From contig JBBCGN010000002.1 of the NCBI GenBank assembly GCA_037200905.1, forward strand, positions 22,879 to 86,878: a DNA stretch of 64,000 bases. Direction: 5' to 3'. Every line of letters starts with the position of its first letter. The stretch's first letter is position 1. Made by a program: the position numbers and the translations under genes. Shown here one piece after another: positions 17,969 to 28,831 of the stretch. The DNA is from a bacterium (GTDB lineage Bacteria; Patescibacteriota; Minisyncoccia; Phycocordibacterales; UBA9973). A model generated the notes under the pieces. It did not search any database and was not told the DNA's origin. It was given only the letters and a program-made list of their open reading frames with translations.

Positions 17969-17978
17969 CGCATTCTTC

Positions 17979-18776
17979 ATGATAGCCATCCTCACAATCA
18001 TCTTCTTCGTTTTCGGCACCATCATCGGGAGCTTCTTGAACGTCGTCATCCTGCGCTTCAACACCGGCAAGACCGTGTCCGGCCGGAGCGCCTGCATGTC
18101 CTGCGAGCGGCAGCTCGCCTGGTACGACATGGTGCCCATAGCGAGCTATGCGGCCCTCCGCGGCCGCTGCCGCATGTGCAAGACCCGCATCTCCGCCCAG
18201 TATCCGCTCGTCGAGCTCGCCACGGGCCTCGTCTTCGCGGCCCTCTTCCACAAATTCGCCTACCTCTTCTTCGTGTCGACCTTCGCCTTCACGCTCTCGT
18301 ACGCCTACTACGGCGCCATGTTCGCCCTGCTCATCGTCATCGCCGCGTACGACCTGCGCCACAAGATCATCCCCGACGCCCTGTCATACGCCTTCGGCGT
18401 GCTGGCTTTCCTCGGCCTCTTCTTCTTCAGCCCGGGCAGTATCGGCATCCATATGCACGTGCCCACGCTCTCCGAAGCCCTGGCCGGCCTCGTGCTCTCG
18501 GTGCCGTTCGCCCTGCTGTGGTTCTTTTCCCGCGGGGCATGGATGGGCCTCGGCGACGCCAAGCTCGCCGTGGGCCTCGGGTTCCTGCTCGGCACGTCGC
18601 GATTGCTCTCGGGCGCGGTGCTCGCGTTCTGGGCCGGGGCCATCATCGGCATCATCCTGCTCGCATTCTCGAAGAAATACGGCATGAAGACCGAGGTCCC
18701 GTTCGCGCCGTTCCTGGTGCTCGGCGCCGTCATCGCCTTCTTCTGCCAGCTTTCCTTCTTCGCCATCGGCTCATAA
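17979..18776 (+). CDS. pilD: Prepilin peptidase / N-methyltransferase PilD (A24 family)
   Basis: I place the start at the ATG at 17979, in the frame of ORF 17892... It has a C-x2-C...C-x2-C zinc motif (CMSCERQ...CRMCKTR) and is a polytopic membrane protein. Confidence 0.85.
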   Translation: MIAILTIIFFVFGTIIGSFLNVVILRFNTGKTVSGRSACMSCERQLAWYDMVPIASYAALRGRCRMCKTRISAQYPLVELATGLVFAALFHKFAYLFFVSTFAFTLSYAYYGAMFALLIVIAAYDLRHKIIPDALSYAFGVLAFLGLFFFSPGSIGIHMHVPTLSEALAGLVLSVPFALLWFFSRGAWMGLGDAKLAVGLGFLLGTSRLLSGAVLAFWAGAIIGIILLAFSKKYGMKTEVPFAPFLVLGAVIAFFCQLSFFAIGS

Positions 18777-18778
18777 CA

Positions 18779-19438
18779 ATGATGAATTTTTCGCATGACA
18801 GAAAGGGAATACGGACGGACGAGGGCCTGCCGGCGCCCCGGCTGCGCGGGCAGGAGGCAGGCATGACCCTCATCGAGCTCGTGGTGGTGCTCTCTATCTT
18901 CGCGGTGCTCGCGTCCGTCATCATCTTCAACTACCAGAAGTTCCTGTCGAAGGTGAACATCAAGGTCCTGGCCAACGACATGGCACTCAAGCTCGTCGAG
19001 GCCCAGAAGAACGCCACCTCCGGCAAGCAGAACGCGGCCGCATCCTCGAGCTGGCGCCCGTCGTACGGCGTGTACTTCAACCTCGCGAGCGGCGGCAATA
19101 CCAGCAGCAAGATCTTCTATTCTTTTGCCGATCTCAATCAGAACAAGGCTTTCGACCCGGGTTCGTACAATTGTCCGGCGGGCGAGTGCGTCGAGCGCGT
19201 GAACATCACCAAGAACGATTTCGTCTCGGGCATGCGCGTGGTCTATACCGACAATTCCGCCACCGCGGTGAACAGCCTGAGCATCAGCTTCACCAGGCCG
19301 GACGCGAGCGCCACCATGCGCTCGAGCACGGCCCTCGGCTCGAACATATCCTACGCGGAGATCACCGTCGCCAGCCCCGATGCCGCCATCAAGGCCCTCG
19401 TCAAGGTCTACGCCTCGGGCAGGATCCAGATAAATTAA
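18779..19438 (+). CDS. Minor pilin/pseudopilin (GspH/FimT-like)
   Basis: I place the start at the ATG at 18779, within ORF 18176... The N-terminal motif is GMTLIELVVVLSIFAVLA. Confidence 0.75.
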   Translation: MMNFSHDRKGIRTDEGLPAPRLRGQEAGMTLIELVVVLSIFAVLASVIIFNYQKFLSKVNIKVLANDMALKLVEAQKNATSGKQNAAASSSWRPSYGVYFNLASGGNTSSKIFYSFADLNQNKAFDPGSYNCPAGECVERVNITKNDFVSGMRVVYTDNSATAVNSLSISFTRPDASATMRSSTALGSNISYAEITVASPDAAIKALVKVYASGRIQIN

Positions 19439-19442
19439 AGAT

Positions 19443-20090
19443 ATGAAGAAAGACGTATTGCAAGCGAATAGGAAAAAGGCAGCCTGTCCCGCCAAGGGCG
19501 GGGGAGGCTACACCATACTCGAGACCATGGTGGCCATTTCGCTGTTCCTCGTCATCATCACGCGGGCATGAGCGCGCTCTTGAACGCCAACGCCCTGCAG
19601 CAGAAGTCGCAGGACATGCGCTCCATCATGGACAGCCTCTCCTTCATCATGGAAGAGATGTCGCGGAACCTCCGCACCGGCTATGCCTATCACTGCTTCG
19701 GCCAGGGCGAGAGCGTCTCGCCCGCCGTGGCGGCGAATCCCAAGAGCTGCCAGAACGGCTACGCCATCGCCTTCGAGAACCAGTTCGGCGACAAGGATGA
19801 CGACGGCGACCAGTGGGCGTACAAGATCCAGTCCCAGGACGGCGGCAAGACGTTCAACATCTACAAGTCCGTAAACGGCGGGGCGAGCTTCATCCAGCTC
19901 AACCCGAGCGAGGTGAGCCTGAAATCGTTTTCCCGGATTCTCCGTCCTCGGGGCCGAGCCGCCGACCGCCGACCGCCAGCAGCCGCTCGCCGTCATCCGC
20001 CTCGTCGGCACCATCACTTTCAAGTCCGTCGTGACGCCGTTCGCCCTGCAGTCGTCCGTCACAGAGCGGCTGATAGACACCGATCAATAG
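19443..20090 (+). pseudogene. Minor pilin with two frameshifts (possible sequencing indels)
   Basis: The gene reads in three frames. The N-terminal piece from the ATG at 19443 is ...GGYTILETMVAISLFLVIIT. A -1 shift follows near 19560-19567. The middle piece is ORF 19568.. (MSALLNANALQQKS...). A +1 shift follows near 19931-19938. The C-terminal piece is FSVLGAEPP...FALQSSVTERLIDTDQ*, with the stop at 20088-20090. Confidence 0.75.
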
Positions 20091-20091
20091 C

Positions 20092-20677
20092 ATGAACACT
20101 TTTCACCGTACAAAAGAAAAGAGAGAGAATGGGGGATTTACCCTTGTCGAGACGCTTGTGGCCATCTCGATCTTCACGCTGTCCGTGCTCATCATGCTCT
20201 CGGTGCTGTCGAAGGGCATCTCCGACACCGCGTACGCCAAGAAGAAGCTCATCGCCTCGTACCTGGCCCAGGAGGGCATCGAGTACATGCGCAACATGCG
20301 CGACACGTACATGCTCTACTCCGCCACCCGCCGACGCGGGCTGGAGCGACTTCCGCAACAAGCTCGTCGGCGCCTCCTGCCAGTCCGCGAACGGCTGCTA
20401 TTACAACGCCGACAGCCTCTTCTCGCTCGGCGCCCCGATGCCCGTCACCAGGATGCCGATGTCCTCCTGCGCCGTCTCGTGCCCGCAGATGAAATATGAC
20501 GCGGCTACCGGCGCATACGGCTATGGCGCCGGCGCCGCGGCCGGGTACGTGCGCCGCGTGCGGGCCGTGCAGGTCAGCCCGAGCGAGATGAAGATATATT
20601 CCACCGTCTTCTGGGCGCAGGGATCGGGCACGTACAGCGTCAATTTTTCCGAGAGCGTGTATAACTGGATAGAATAG
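20092..20677 (+). pseudogene. Minor pilin (GspI/PilV-like) with one +1 frameshift
   Basis: The N-terminal piece is GGFTLVETLVAISIFTLSVLI...YMLYSAT. An extra C in ACCCG at 20326-20330 shifts the frame. The C-terminal piece continues ADAGWSDFRNKLVGASCQ...VYNWIE*. Confidence 0.75.
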
Positions 20678-20678
20678 T

Positions 20679-21240
20679 ATGAAAAAAATAGATTTTCAGA
20701 AAACAAAAAACCCGCCCGACCGAATGACTTCGTTCGTTCGGTCGGGGGATAAGGCCTGCCCGAATCGCGAAGCGAGGCGGGGATTCGTCATGCTCTTCGC
20801 CATCGTGCTCGTCTCGATCATCGTGGCCATCGCCCTCGGCGTCAGCAACGTGGCGCTCAAGGAGATCAAGTTCGGCACGTCGGCCATCGCCACCAACGAC
20901 GCGTTCTTCGCGGCCGACACGGGGGCCGAGTGCGTGCTCGCGAACGACAAATTCACCGCCAACAAGTTTCCCCTGGCCGGGCCGGCCGTGCCGATCACCT
21001 GCTCGGGCGCGAGCTTCACTCCGTCGTTCTCGAAAACGGGAAACTCCGCCAATTACAGCTTCACGCTCGCCGGCCTCGGCAGCACGTCCCGGGCCTGCGT
21101 CAAAGTGAACGTCTTCAAGGACAACAGTACGCCGCCGCAGAAGACCCGCCGTGGTGGCCAAAGGCTATAACATCGGCGATCCGTCGTGCAATTCCACGAG
21201 CACGGGCCGCGTCGAGCGCGAGCTCCACGTCGATTACTAG
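20679..21240 (+). pseudogene. Minor pilin (PilX-like N-terminus) with one +1 frameshift
   Basis: The N-terminal piece is RRGFVMLFAIVLVSIIVAIALG...KDNSTPPQKTR. An extra nucleotide in ACCCGCC at 21144-21150 shifts the frame. The C-terminal piece continues VVAKGYNIGDPSCNSTSTGRVERELHVDY*. Confidence 0.7.
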
Positions 21241-21297
21241 AGATTTCCATACGGTTTTTCTCCTGTAAAAACAGCCAGGATCTGCTATTATTACTCT

Positions 21298-23324
<2,027 letters not shown>

Positions 23325-23401
23325 ACCGGCCTGCGTTAGGCAAGACCTAACGGCAGGCACACTGATTTTCTTTTCGCAAAAATAGGTAGATTAAGACATA
23401 C

Positions 23402-23486
23402 GGAGGCGTCGCATAGCGGTCTAGTGCGCACGCTTGGAAAGCGTGTGTGGGGCAACCCACCGAGAGTTCGAATCTCTCCGCCTCCG
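23402..23486 (+). tRNA. tRNA-Ser(GGA): tRNA-Ser (anticodon GGA), class II with a long variable arm
   Basis: The hand-folded cloverleaf has acceptor stem GGAGGCG/CGCCTCC. The anticodon stem is CACGC/GCGTG with loop TTGGAAA. The variable arm is GTGGGgcaaCCCAC, the T arm is GAGAG-TTCGAAT-CTCTC, and the discriminator is G. Confidence 0.9.
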
Positions 23487-23567
23487 CAGTTTTTCGAAAA
23501 GCATTTCCGAACCCCAAGTGTTGTGTTATAATCCAATTGTCAGATTCCTGAGAATTCCGTACTCGTA

Positions 23568-24168
23568 GTGACGTCAAAGATAGTGGCCCTCGCAGAGGGC
23601 CGCACTGCTGTTTTTACTGACAAGGCACAGAAGACTGCTTTGATAAAGAAAGAATCCCAATTCGCACTCGAGACGAAATACGTCTGGCTCACTATCAAGG
23701 ACGGTATGGTGATGGCCTCTGCGGGCATAGACGAATCAAACGCAGCAGGCAAGCTGATACTCCTGCCGAAGGACAGTTTTCGCGCCGCGGAATCTATACG
23801 AAAAGATTTGAAAAAAATATTCAAGCTGAAGAAGCTTGGAGTGCTCATCACTGACAGCCGGATTTTTCCCCTTCGTTCCGGCGTTGTCGGAGTTGCGCTC
23901 GGTTATGCCGGATTCAAGGGTATCAGGGATTACCGGGGCAAGAAAGATATTTTCGGCAGAGTCCTGAAGATGTCTCAGACCGATGTAGCAGACAGTCTTG
24001 CTACTGCGGCAGTGCTTTCTATGGGGGAAGGCAGGGAACAGCAGCCGCTCGCCCTCATTCCTCGGCGCGCCGATTGAATTTACGGAAAAGACCAATCGCA
24101 AGGAGCTGATCATCGATATCAAGGACGATCTCTACGCTCCGCTGTTCCAGAGCATCAGGAAAAAGTAG
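23568..24168 (+). pseudogene. CofE/F420-0:gamma-glutamyl-ligase-like protein, N-terminally truncated and frameshifted near the 3' end
   Basis: Family-like sequence (ENSVLVV)TSKIVALAEGR already starts upstream of the GTG at 23568, but an in-frame TAA sits at 23529-23531. A +1 shift at ~24057-24066 joins ...QQPLALI to (L)GAPIEFTEKTN...DDLYAPLFQSIRKK*, with the stop at 24166-24168. Confidence 0.55.
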
Positions 24169-24248
24169 ATTCTCATTTCTTTACTTTCAGGATGCCCGAT
24201 GATAGGGTAGGGGCAAACAACATTTCGAAAACTTAAAAAGGAGGTAGT

Positions 24249-24695
24249 ATGAAATTACGCGTTTACTTTGCCTGTGCCTTGACTCATTCGCCGCCTGATT
24301 TCCAGCAAAAAATAGCCAGCGTCAAAGAATGCTTAAAGGCTTTACCAGATGTAGAACTGCTCGATTTCGTCGGGCTGGTGGATGGTTCGCCTCAAGATGT
24401 GTACGAACATGATATTCATACTTGCGTAAAAAGCGCGGACCTTATCATTGCAGATTGTACGCATCCTGCCATTGGTTTGGGATGGGAACTTGGTGCTGCT
24501 ACTGAAGCATTCAGAAAGCATGTCTTTATCGTAGCGGCAGATGGTTCGCATCTCAGCCGATTGATTCATGGCGCAGTATCGCCGAGAAACTCGGATCTTG
24601 CATTTGCAACGTATGGTTCGCAACACGATCTGTTTATGATCTGTAAGGAGAGAATCGAATATGTTCAGGTACGCATTTCTAATTACGCAGAGTGA
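24249..24695 (+). CDS. Nucleoside 2-deoxyribosyltransferase-like Rossmann protein
   Basis: The pattern is RVYFACAL...SADLIIADCTHPAIGLGWELGAA...KHVFIV. It is one of the few genes here with a canonical SD (AAGGAGG at 24237-24243). Confidence 0.6.
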   Translation: MKLRVYFACALTHSPPDFQQKIASVKECLKALPDVELLDFVGLVDGSPQDVYEHDIHTCVKSADLIIADCTHPAIGLGWELGAATEAFRKHVFIVAADGSHLSRLIHGAVSPRNSDLAFATYGSQHDLFMICKERIEYVQVRISNYAE

Positions 24696-24697
24696 GC

Positions 24698-24726
24698 AAA
24701 AGCCAGCAATATCCGCTGGCTTTTTT
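24698..24726 (+). terminator. Rho-independent terminator
   Basis: The structure is AAAA-GCCAGC-aatatcc-GCTGGC-TTTTTT. Confidence 0.75.
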
Positions 24727-24750
24727 AATTTTCCGGAGTATATTTAAGGA

Positions 24751-25270
24751 GTGAAAAAGGCAACGCCGAAGAAAAAACTCATCGTATCGAAATACATGCG
24801 TCCGTCATGGGACGAGTATTTCATCGGCATGGCGAACTATGTCGGCACCCGGGCCACCTGCGACAGGGGGACGAAGCGGCTGCGTCATCGTGCGGGACAG
24901 GCATGTCATCTCGACCGGCTATGTCGGTTCGCCTCCGGGGCTGCCGCACTGCGACGACGTCGGGCACGAGATGCATACGGTCATGAACGCGGACGGCACC
25001 AAGAGCGAGCACTGCATCCGCACCACTCACGCCGAGCAGAATGCCATGATCCAAGCCAGCCGTTTCGGCGTGGCCCTCGAAGGCGCGACGATATACTGCC
25101 GCATGGTGCCGTGCTATGTCTGCGCCAAGCTCGCCATCACCGCGGGCATCGCGCGCATCGTGGCGGAGAACGACTATCATGCTTCCAAGCGCTCGAAAGA
25201 GATCTTGAAGAAAGCGGGAGTGAAATTGGAAATTATCAATAATCAGGTCGAGAGATATACTCGGCAATAA
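24751..25270 (+). pseudogene. dCMP deaminase (ComEB/Dcd-type cytidine/deoxycytidylate deaminase) with one +1 frameshift
   Basis: The N-terminal piece is RPSWDEYFIGMANYVGTRATCDRG. An extra nucleotide in the G-run at 24865-24872 shifts the frame. The C-terminal piece is SGCVIVRDRHVISTGYVG...HAEQNAM...PCYVCAKL, which carries the zinc-binding HAE and PCxxC motifs. Confidence 0.85.
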
Positions 25271-25275
25271 TTTTT

Positions 25276-25605
25276 ATGGTAGACCTAAACGCACTGCAGA
25301 AAGAAGTGATGAGGAACAAGCTCGAGAAGGGCTTCAATACGACCGACGTGGCCGAAGAATTCTGCCGCGCGCACGAAGAGCTGTCCGAAGCTTTCAAGAA
25401 GTACTTCCACAGGGAAGAGGGCGTAGCTGAAGAGTTCGCCGACGTTGCCGTATTCCTCCTTGGCATGGCGGAAATTCTCGGATTCGATCTCGAGAAGGAA
25501 CTGATACGAAAGATAGAGATCAACAAGAAGAGAAAATATCAGAAATCGAAATCTCCCGAAGGCAAAGATATCTTCATACGCATCAAGACTGATGAGGATC
25601 CTTAA
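25276..25605 (+). CDS. MazG-like nucleotide pyrophosphohydrolase
   Basis: The 109-aa product has EELSEAFKK...EEFADVAVFLLGMAEILG, an EExxE/D-type MazG helix pattern. Confidence 0.7.
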   Translation: MVDLNALQKEVMRNKLEKGFNTTDVAEEFCRAHEELSEAFKKYFHREEGVAEEFADVAVFLLGMAEILGFDLEKELIRKIEINKKRKYQKSKSPEGKDIFIRIKTDEDP

Positions 25606-26090
25606 TTCGTCTTCTCGTATATCCTGAACGTGAAATTATAGGCATGACTCTCATCCTTGGGGTGGAATTCTTCCGCAGTCATTTTCCAAGCCATGATGTT
25701 GAATGTTGGGAAGAATGAGTCTGCGGGAACTTCTGCTTGGACAAAAGTCAGGTACATCTTGTTCGCGTAGGGAAGGGCGAGCTTGAATATCTCCGCGCCT
25801 CCGATAACAAAGACCTCGGAGTCGCCTTCGCACTGCTTCAGAGCTTCTTCGATGCTGTGCGCGACAAGGGCGCCGTCGACAGAAAAGCCCGCATCCCGAG
25901 TGATGATGATATTCTTGCGGTCGGGCAGCAGGCGCCCGATGGACTCATAGGTCTTTCGGCCCATGATAACCGAGTGGCCGCGAGTGATTTCTCTGAAGCG
26001 CTTCAGGTCGTCAGGAAGGTTCCAGGGCAATTTGTTGCCGAAACCGATTCCTCTGTTTGCTCCGAGCGCTGCGATGAATGAAATAGTCAT
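25602..26090 (-). CDS. folA: Dihydrofolate reductase
   Basis: The sequence reads ISFIAALGANRGIGFGNKLPW..PDDLKRFREIT.GHSVIMGRKTYESIG. Confidence 0.9.
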   Translation of the reverse strand: MTISFIAALGANRGIGFGNKLPWNLPDDLKRFREITRGHSVIMGRKTYESIGRLLPDRKNIIITRDAGFSVDGALVAHSIEEALKQCEGDSEVFVIGGAEIFKLALPYANKMYLTFVQAEVPADSFFPTFNIMAWKMTAEEFHPKDESHAYNFTFRIYEKTN

Positions 26091-26096
26091 AGGAAT

Positions 26097-27056
26097 TTAT
26101 ACGGCGATAGGGGCACGGATGGCTTCATGCGGATTATAATCTGTTAATTCAAAATCACCGATGACGAAATCATCGAGATTATTCTTTTCAGGATTTATCT
26201 TCATCTTCGGCAGGGGACGAATATCATTTTTTCGCGAGAGCTGCAGCTCTACCTGCTCAAGATGATTCAAATACAAGTGCGTATCGCCGCCGGTCCAGAC
26301 GAATTCGCCCGGTTCCATGCCGACTATCTGAGCGATGATCATGACAAGCAGGGAATAAGATGCGATGTTAAACGGCACGCCGAGAAAAGTGTCGCATGAG
26401 CGTTGGTAGAGCTGGCAGGAGAGCTTCAATTTTCCGGTTTCCGGATTCGGCGCGGTATAGAACTGGAAGAGGCAATGGCACGGCGGCAGGCCGGCCTTTG
26501 CCATCTCGTCGATGTATTTCACATTCCATGCGGAGACGATCATGCGGCGGGAATCAGGGCTTTTCTTGAGAGTCTCGATGACGCTCGTAATCTGGTCGAG
26601 GCAGACATTGTCTTCGCCCGGCCAGCAGCGCCATTGCGAGCCGTAAATCGGACCCAAGTCGCCGTATTCTTTGGCAAAATTCTCGTCCGATTTTATCTTT
26701 TCCACGAATTCCTTGAGGCCCTGGTTCCACTCGTCGCTCCCGACTTTCGGCAGCTCTTTGCCGCTTTTGACGAGATACGCCTTGAACGGCCATTCGTCCC
26801 AGATGTGCACATTGTTCTCGGCCAGATATTTCAGATTGGTGTCGCCGCGGAGAAACCACAGAAGTTCGTGGATAATGGCCTTGATGGGAACTTTCTTGGT
26901 AGTGAGGAGAGGGAAGCCGTCGGCCAGGTTGAAACGCATCTGGTACCCGAAGACGCTTTTCGTGCCCGTGCCGGTGCGGTCGGTCTTTGTCTCGCCATTT
27001 TTCATGATGTGCTCGAGGAGTTCGAGATATGATTCGTCTGCATGTTTGCCTTTCAT
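26097..27056 (-). CDS. thyA: Thymidylate synthase ThyA (long form with an insert)
   Basis: It has [12 protein letters not shown] and the catalytic [11 protein letters not shown] prefer the ATG at 27056 over the upstream GTG at 27089. Confidence 0.9.
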   Translation of the reverse strand: MKGKHADESYLELLEHIMKNGETKTDRTGTGTKSVFGYQMRFNLADGFPLLTTKKVPIKAIIHELLWFLRGDTNLKYLAENNVHIWDEWPFKAYLVKSGKELPKVGSDEWNQGLKEFVEKIKSDENFAKEYGDLGPIYGSQWRCWPGEDNVCLDQITSVIETLKKSPDSRRMIVSAWNVKYIDEMAKAGLPPCHCLFQFYTAPNPETGKLKLSCQLYQRSCDTFLGVPFNIASYSLLVMIIAQIVGMEPGEFVWTGGDTHLYLNHLEQVELQLSRKNDIRPLPKMKINPEKNNLDDFVIGDFELTDYNPHEAIRAPIAV

Positions 27057-27093
27057 GGATACAGTATACAGTCCGCTCACGTGCGCCACAAAG

Positions 27094-27122
27094 TTGACAA
27101 ATGAGCCTCATAGTGCTACACT
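27094..27122 (+). promoter_or_regulatory. Sigma70-type promoter candidate for the DEAD-box helicase gene
   Basis: The arrangement is TTGACA-N17-TACACT. Confidence 0.45.
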
Positions 27123-27180
27123 CTTAGTAATCATTCTCACCTTATTATTTAACGAGAACTGACGATTGTGGAAATTAGCA

Positions 27181-27216
27181 TTGTTTGTCATCACAGCTAG
27201 TGTCCATGACAAACAA
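27181..27216 (+). promoter_or_regulatory. 5'-UTR hairpin (11-bp perfect inverted repeat) ending 7 nt before the helicase ATG
   Basis: The structure is TTGTTTGTCAT-(14 nt)-ATGACAAACAA. Confidence 0.5.
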
Positions 27217-27222
27217 AGCAAT

Positions 27223-28530
27223 ATGAACACACGCACTACTAGTGCTGCTCCGAAGCGATTCGGACGCGCACCATCTACCTACCGAGCCGAACCTAGTTTC
27301 GGCAGGAAGCCAGCAGCCCGCTCCGGCGGATCATTTAATAATCGCGGCGGCTTCAAGCCCCGTTTCCAAGGCTCTAACCGTGGAGGCGGACGCGGCGGCG
27401 CAAAATCTCGCGGCGAACGCATCGACTTTTCCCGATTTATCCAGAAAGGGGTGTACGTCGAAGAAAAGCCGTATATAGCAAAGCACACCTTTGCAGACTT
27501 TCCCTTCAACGCTCAGCTCCACAAGAATATCGAACGGGCCGGCTACACCAGCCCTCGTCCGATCCAGGACCAGTCTATCCCGAGCGTACTCGCAGGCAAG
27601 GACGTCTTCGGCATGGCCAATACCGGTACCGGCAAGACCGCGGCATTTCTCCTGCCGCTCATCGAGAAGATCGCCAAGACCAAAGGCATGAACAAGCGGG
27701 AGATGGTACTCATCATGGCGCCGACCCGCGAGCTCGCCCTCCAGATCGAATCCGATTTCCAGAAGCTTTCTTTCGGCCTCGGCATGTTTTCCGTGGGCTG
27801 CGTCGGCGGACTGCCGATGGGCAAGCAGATCTCCGAGATCAGACAAGGAGTCTCTTTCGTCATCGGCACGCCGGGACGGCTGACCGACCTCATCAAGCAG
27901 AAGGTCCTCGACCTCTCTACCTGCCACTCCGTCGTCCTCGACGAGGCTGACCGCATGCTCGACATGGGCTTCCGCGACGATATGGTATTCATCATCGGCA
28001 AGACAGCAGAGGAGCGCCAGACCCTATTCTTTTCCGCTACGCTCTCTCCAGAAATCCGTAAGCTTACCACTCAGTTTCTCAAAGATCCTGAATTCATTTC
28101 AGTCATTTCCGGCGAGACTGCCAAGAACATCGACCAGAATATCGTCCGTGCGGGCACCAAGGAAGACAAGCTCGAGAAGCTTGCCGAGATCCTCAGGAAA
28201 GACGGTTCCGACAAGGTGCTGATCTTCCGCGAGATGAAGCACAGCGTCGACAGCCTGGCCAAGGACCTCGCACACATGGGCTTCAAGGTGGGCGGCATCC
28301 ATGGCGACAAGAGGAGCCGTGAGCGCATCCGCATCCTCGACCAGTTCAAGCGCGACCAGATCAACATCCTCATTGCCACCGACGTGGCGGCCCGCGGACT
28401 CGATATCCCGGACGTGACGCACGTCATCAACTTCGACGTGCCGCAGACCTATGACACGTACGTGCACCGTATCGGCCGAACCGGCCGCGCGGGCAAGAAG
28501 GGGACAGCGCTGACCTTCGTACCGGCATAA
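27223..28530 (+). CDS. DEAD-box ATP-dependent RNA helicase with an N-terminal RGG-rich extension
   Basis: It has a Q-motif, Walker A (ANTGTGKT), a DEAD box (VLDEADRMLD), SAT and HRIGRTGRAG. The N-terminus reads RGGFKPRFQGSNRGGGRGGAKSRG. Confidence 0.9.
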   Translation: MNTRTTSAAPKRFGRAPSTYRAEPSFGRKPAARSGGSFNNRGGFKPRFQGSNRGGGRGGAKSRGERIDFSRFIQKGVYVEEKPYIAKHTFADFPFNAQLHKNIERAGYTSPRPIQDQSIPSVLAGKDVFGMANTGTGKTAAFLLPLIEKIAKTKGMNKREMVLIMAPTRELALQIESDFQKLSFGLGMFSVGCVGGLPMGKQISEIRQGVSFVIGTPGRLTDLIKQKVLDLSTCHSVVLDEADRMLDMGFRDDMVFIIGKTAEERQTLFFSATLSPEIRKLTTQFLKDPEFISVISGETAKNIDQNIVRAGTKEDKLEKLAEILRKDGSDKVLIFREMKHSVDSLAKDLAHMGFKVGGIHGDKRSRERIRILDQFKRDQINILIATDVAARGLDIPDVTHVINFDVPQTYDTYVHRIGRTGRAGKKGTALTFVPA

Positions 28531-28531
28531 T

Positions 28532-28559
28532 AAAAAACCTCCCGAGCGGGAGGTTTTTT
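28532..28559. terminator. Bidirectional rho-independent terminator between the helicase gene and rpmB
   Basis: The structure is AAAAAA-CCTCCC-gagc-GGGAGG-TTTTTT. Confidence 0.8.
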
Positions 28560-28579
28560 ATTGAGCAAATTTACTTTTG

Positions 28580-28831
28580 TTATTTTGCTTTTACGAGGCC
28601 GGCCTTGAGGAGGGTGGCGTATGCGCCGTTCTTCTTCATGGTGCGGAGGCCGCGGGTAGAGACTTCTACGATGACAGTCTTGCCGAGCTCGGGAACAAAC
28701 ATCCTCTTTTTCTGGAGGTTGATGTGCTTGCGCTTCTTGCCGGTCGGGTTGAATTTCGTAGCACGGGTGCGGTTCGAGTATCCGCCGCCGACGATCGAGC
28801 TCTTTTCAGTTATTACGCATGTTTTCGCCAT
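28580..28831 (-). CDS. rpmB: 50S ribosomal protein L28
   Basis: The sequence reads MAKTCVITEKSSIVGGGYSNRTRATKFNPTGKKRKHINLQKK. Confidence 0.9.
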   Translation of the reverse strand: MAKTCVITEKSSIVGGGYSNRTRATKFNPTGKKRKHINLQKKRMFVPELGKTVIVEVSTRGLRTMKKNGAYATLLKAGLVKAK

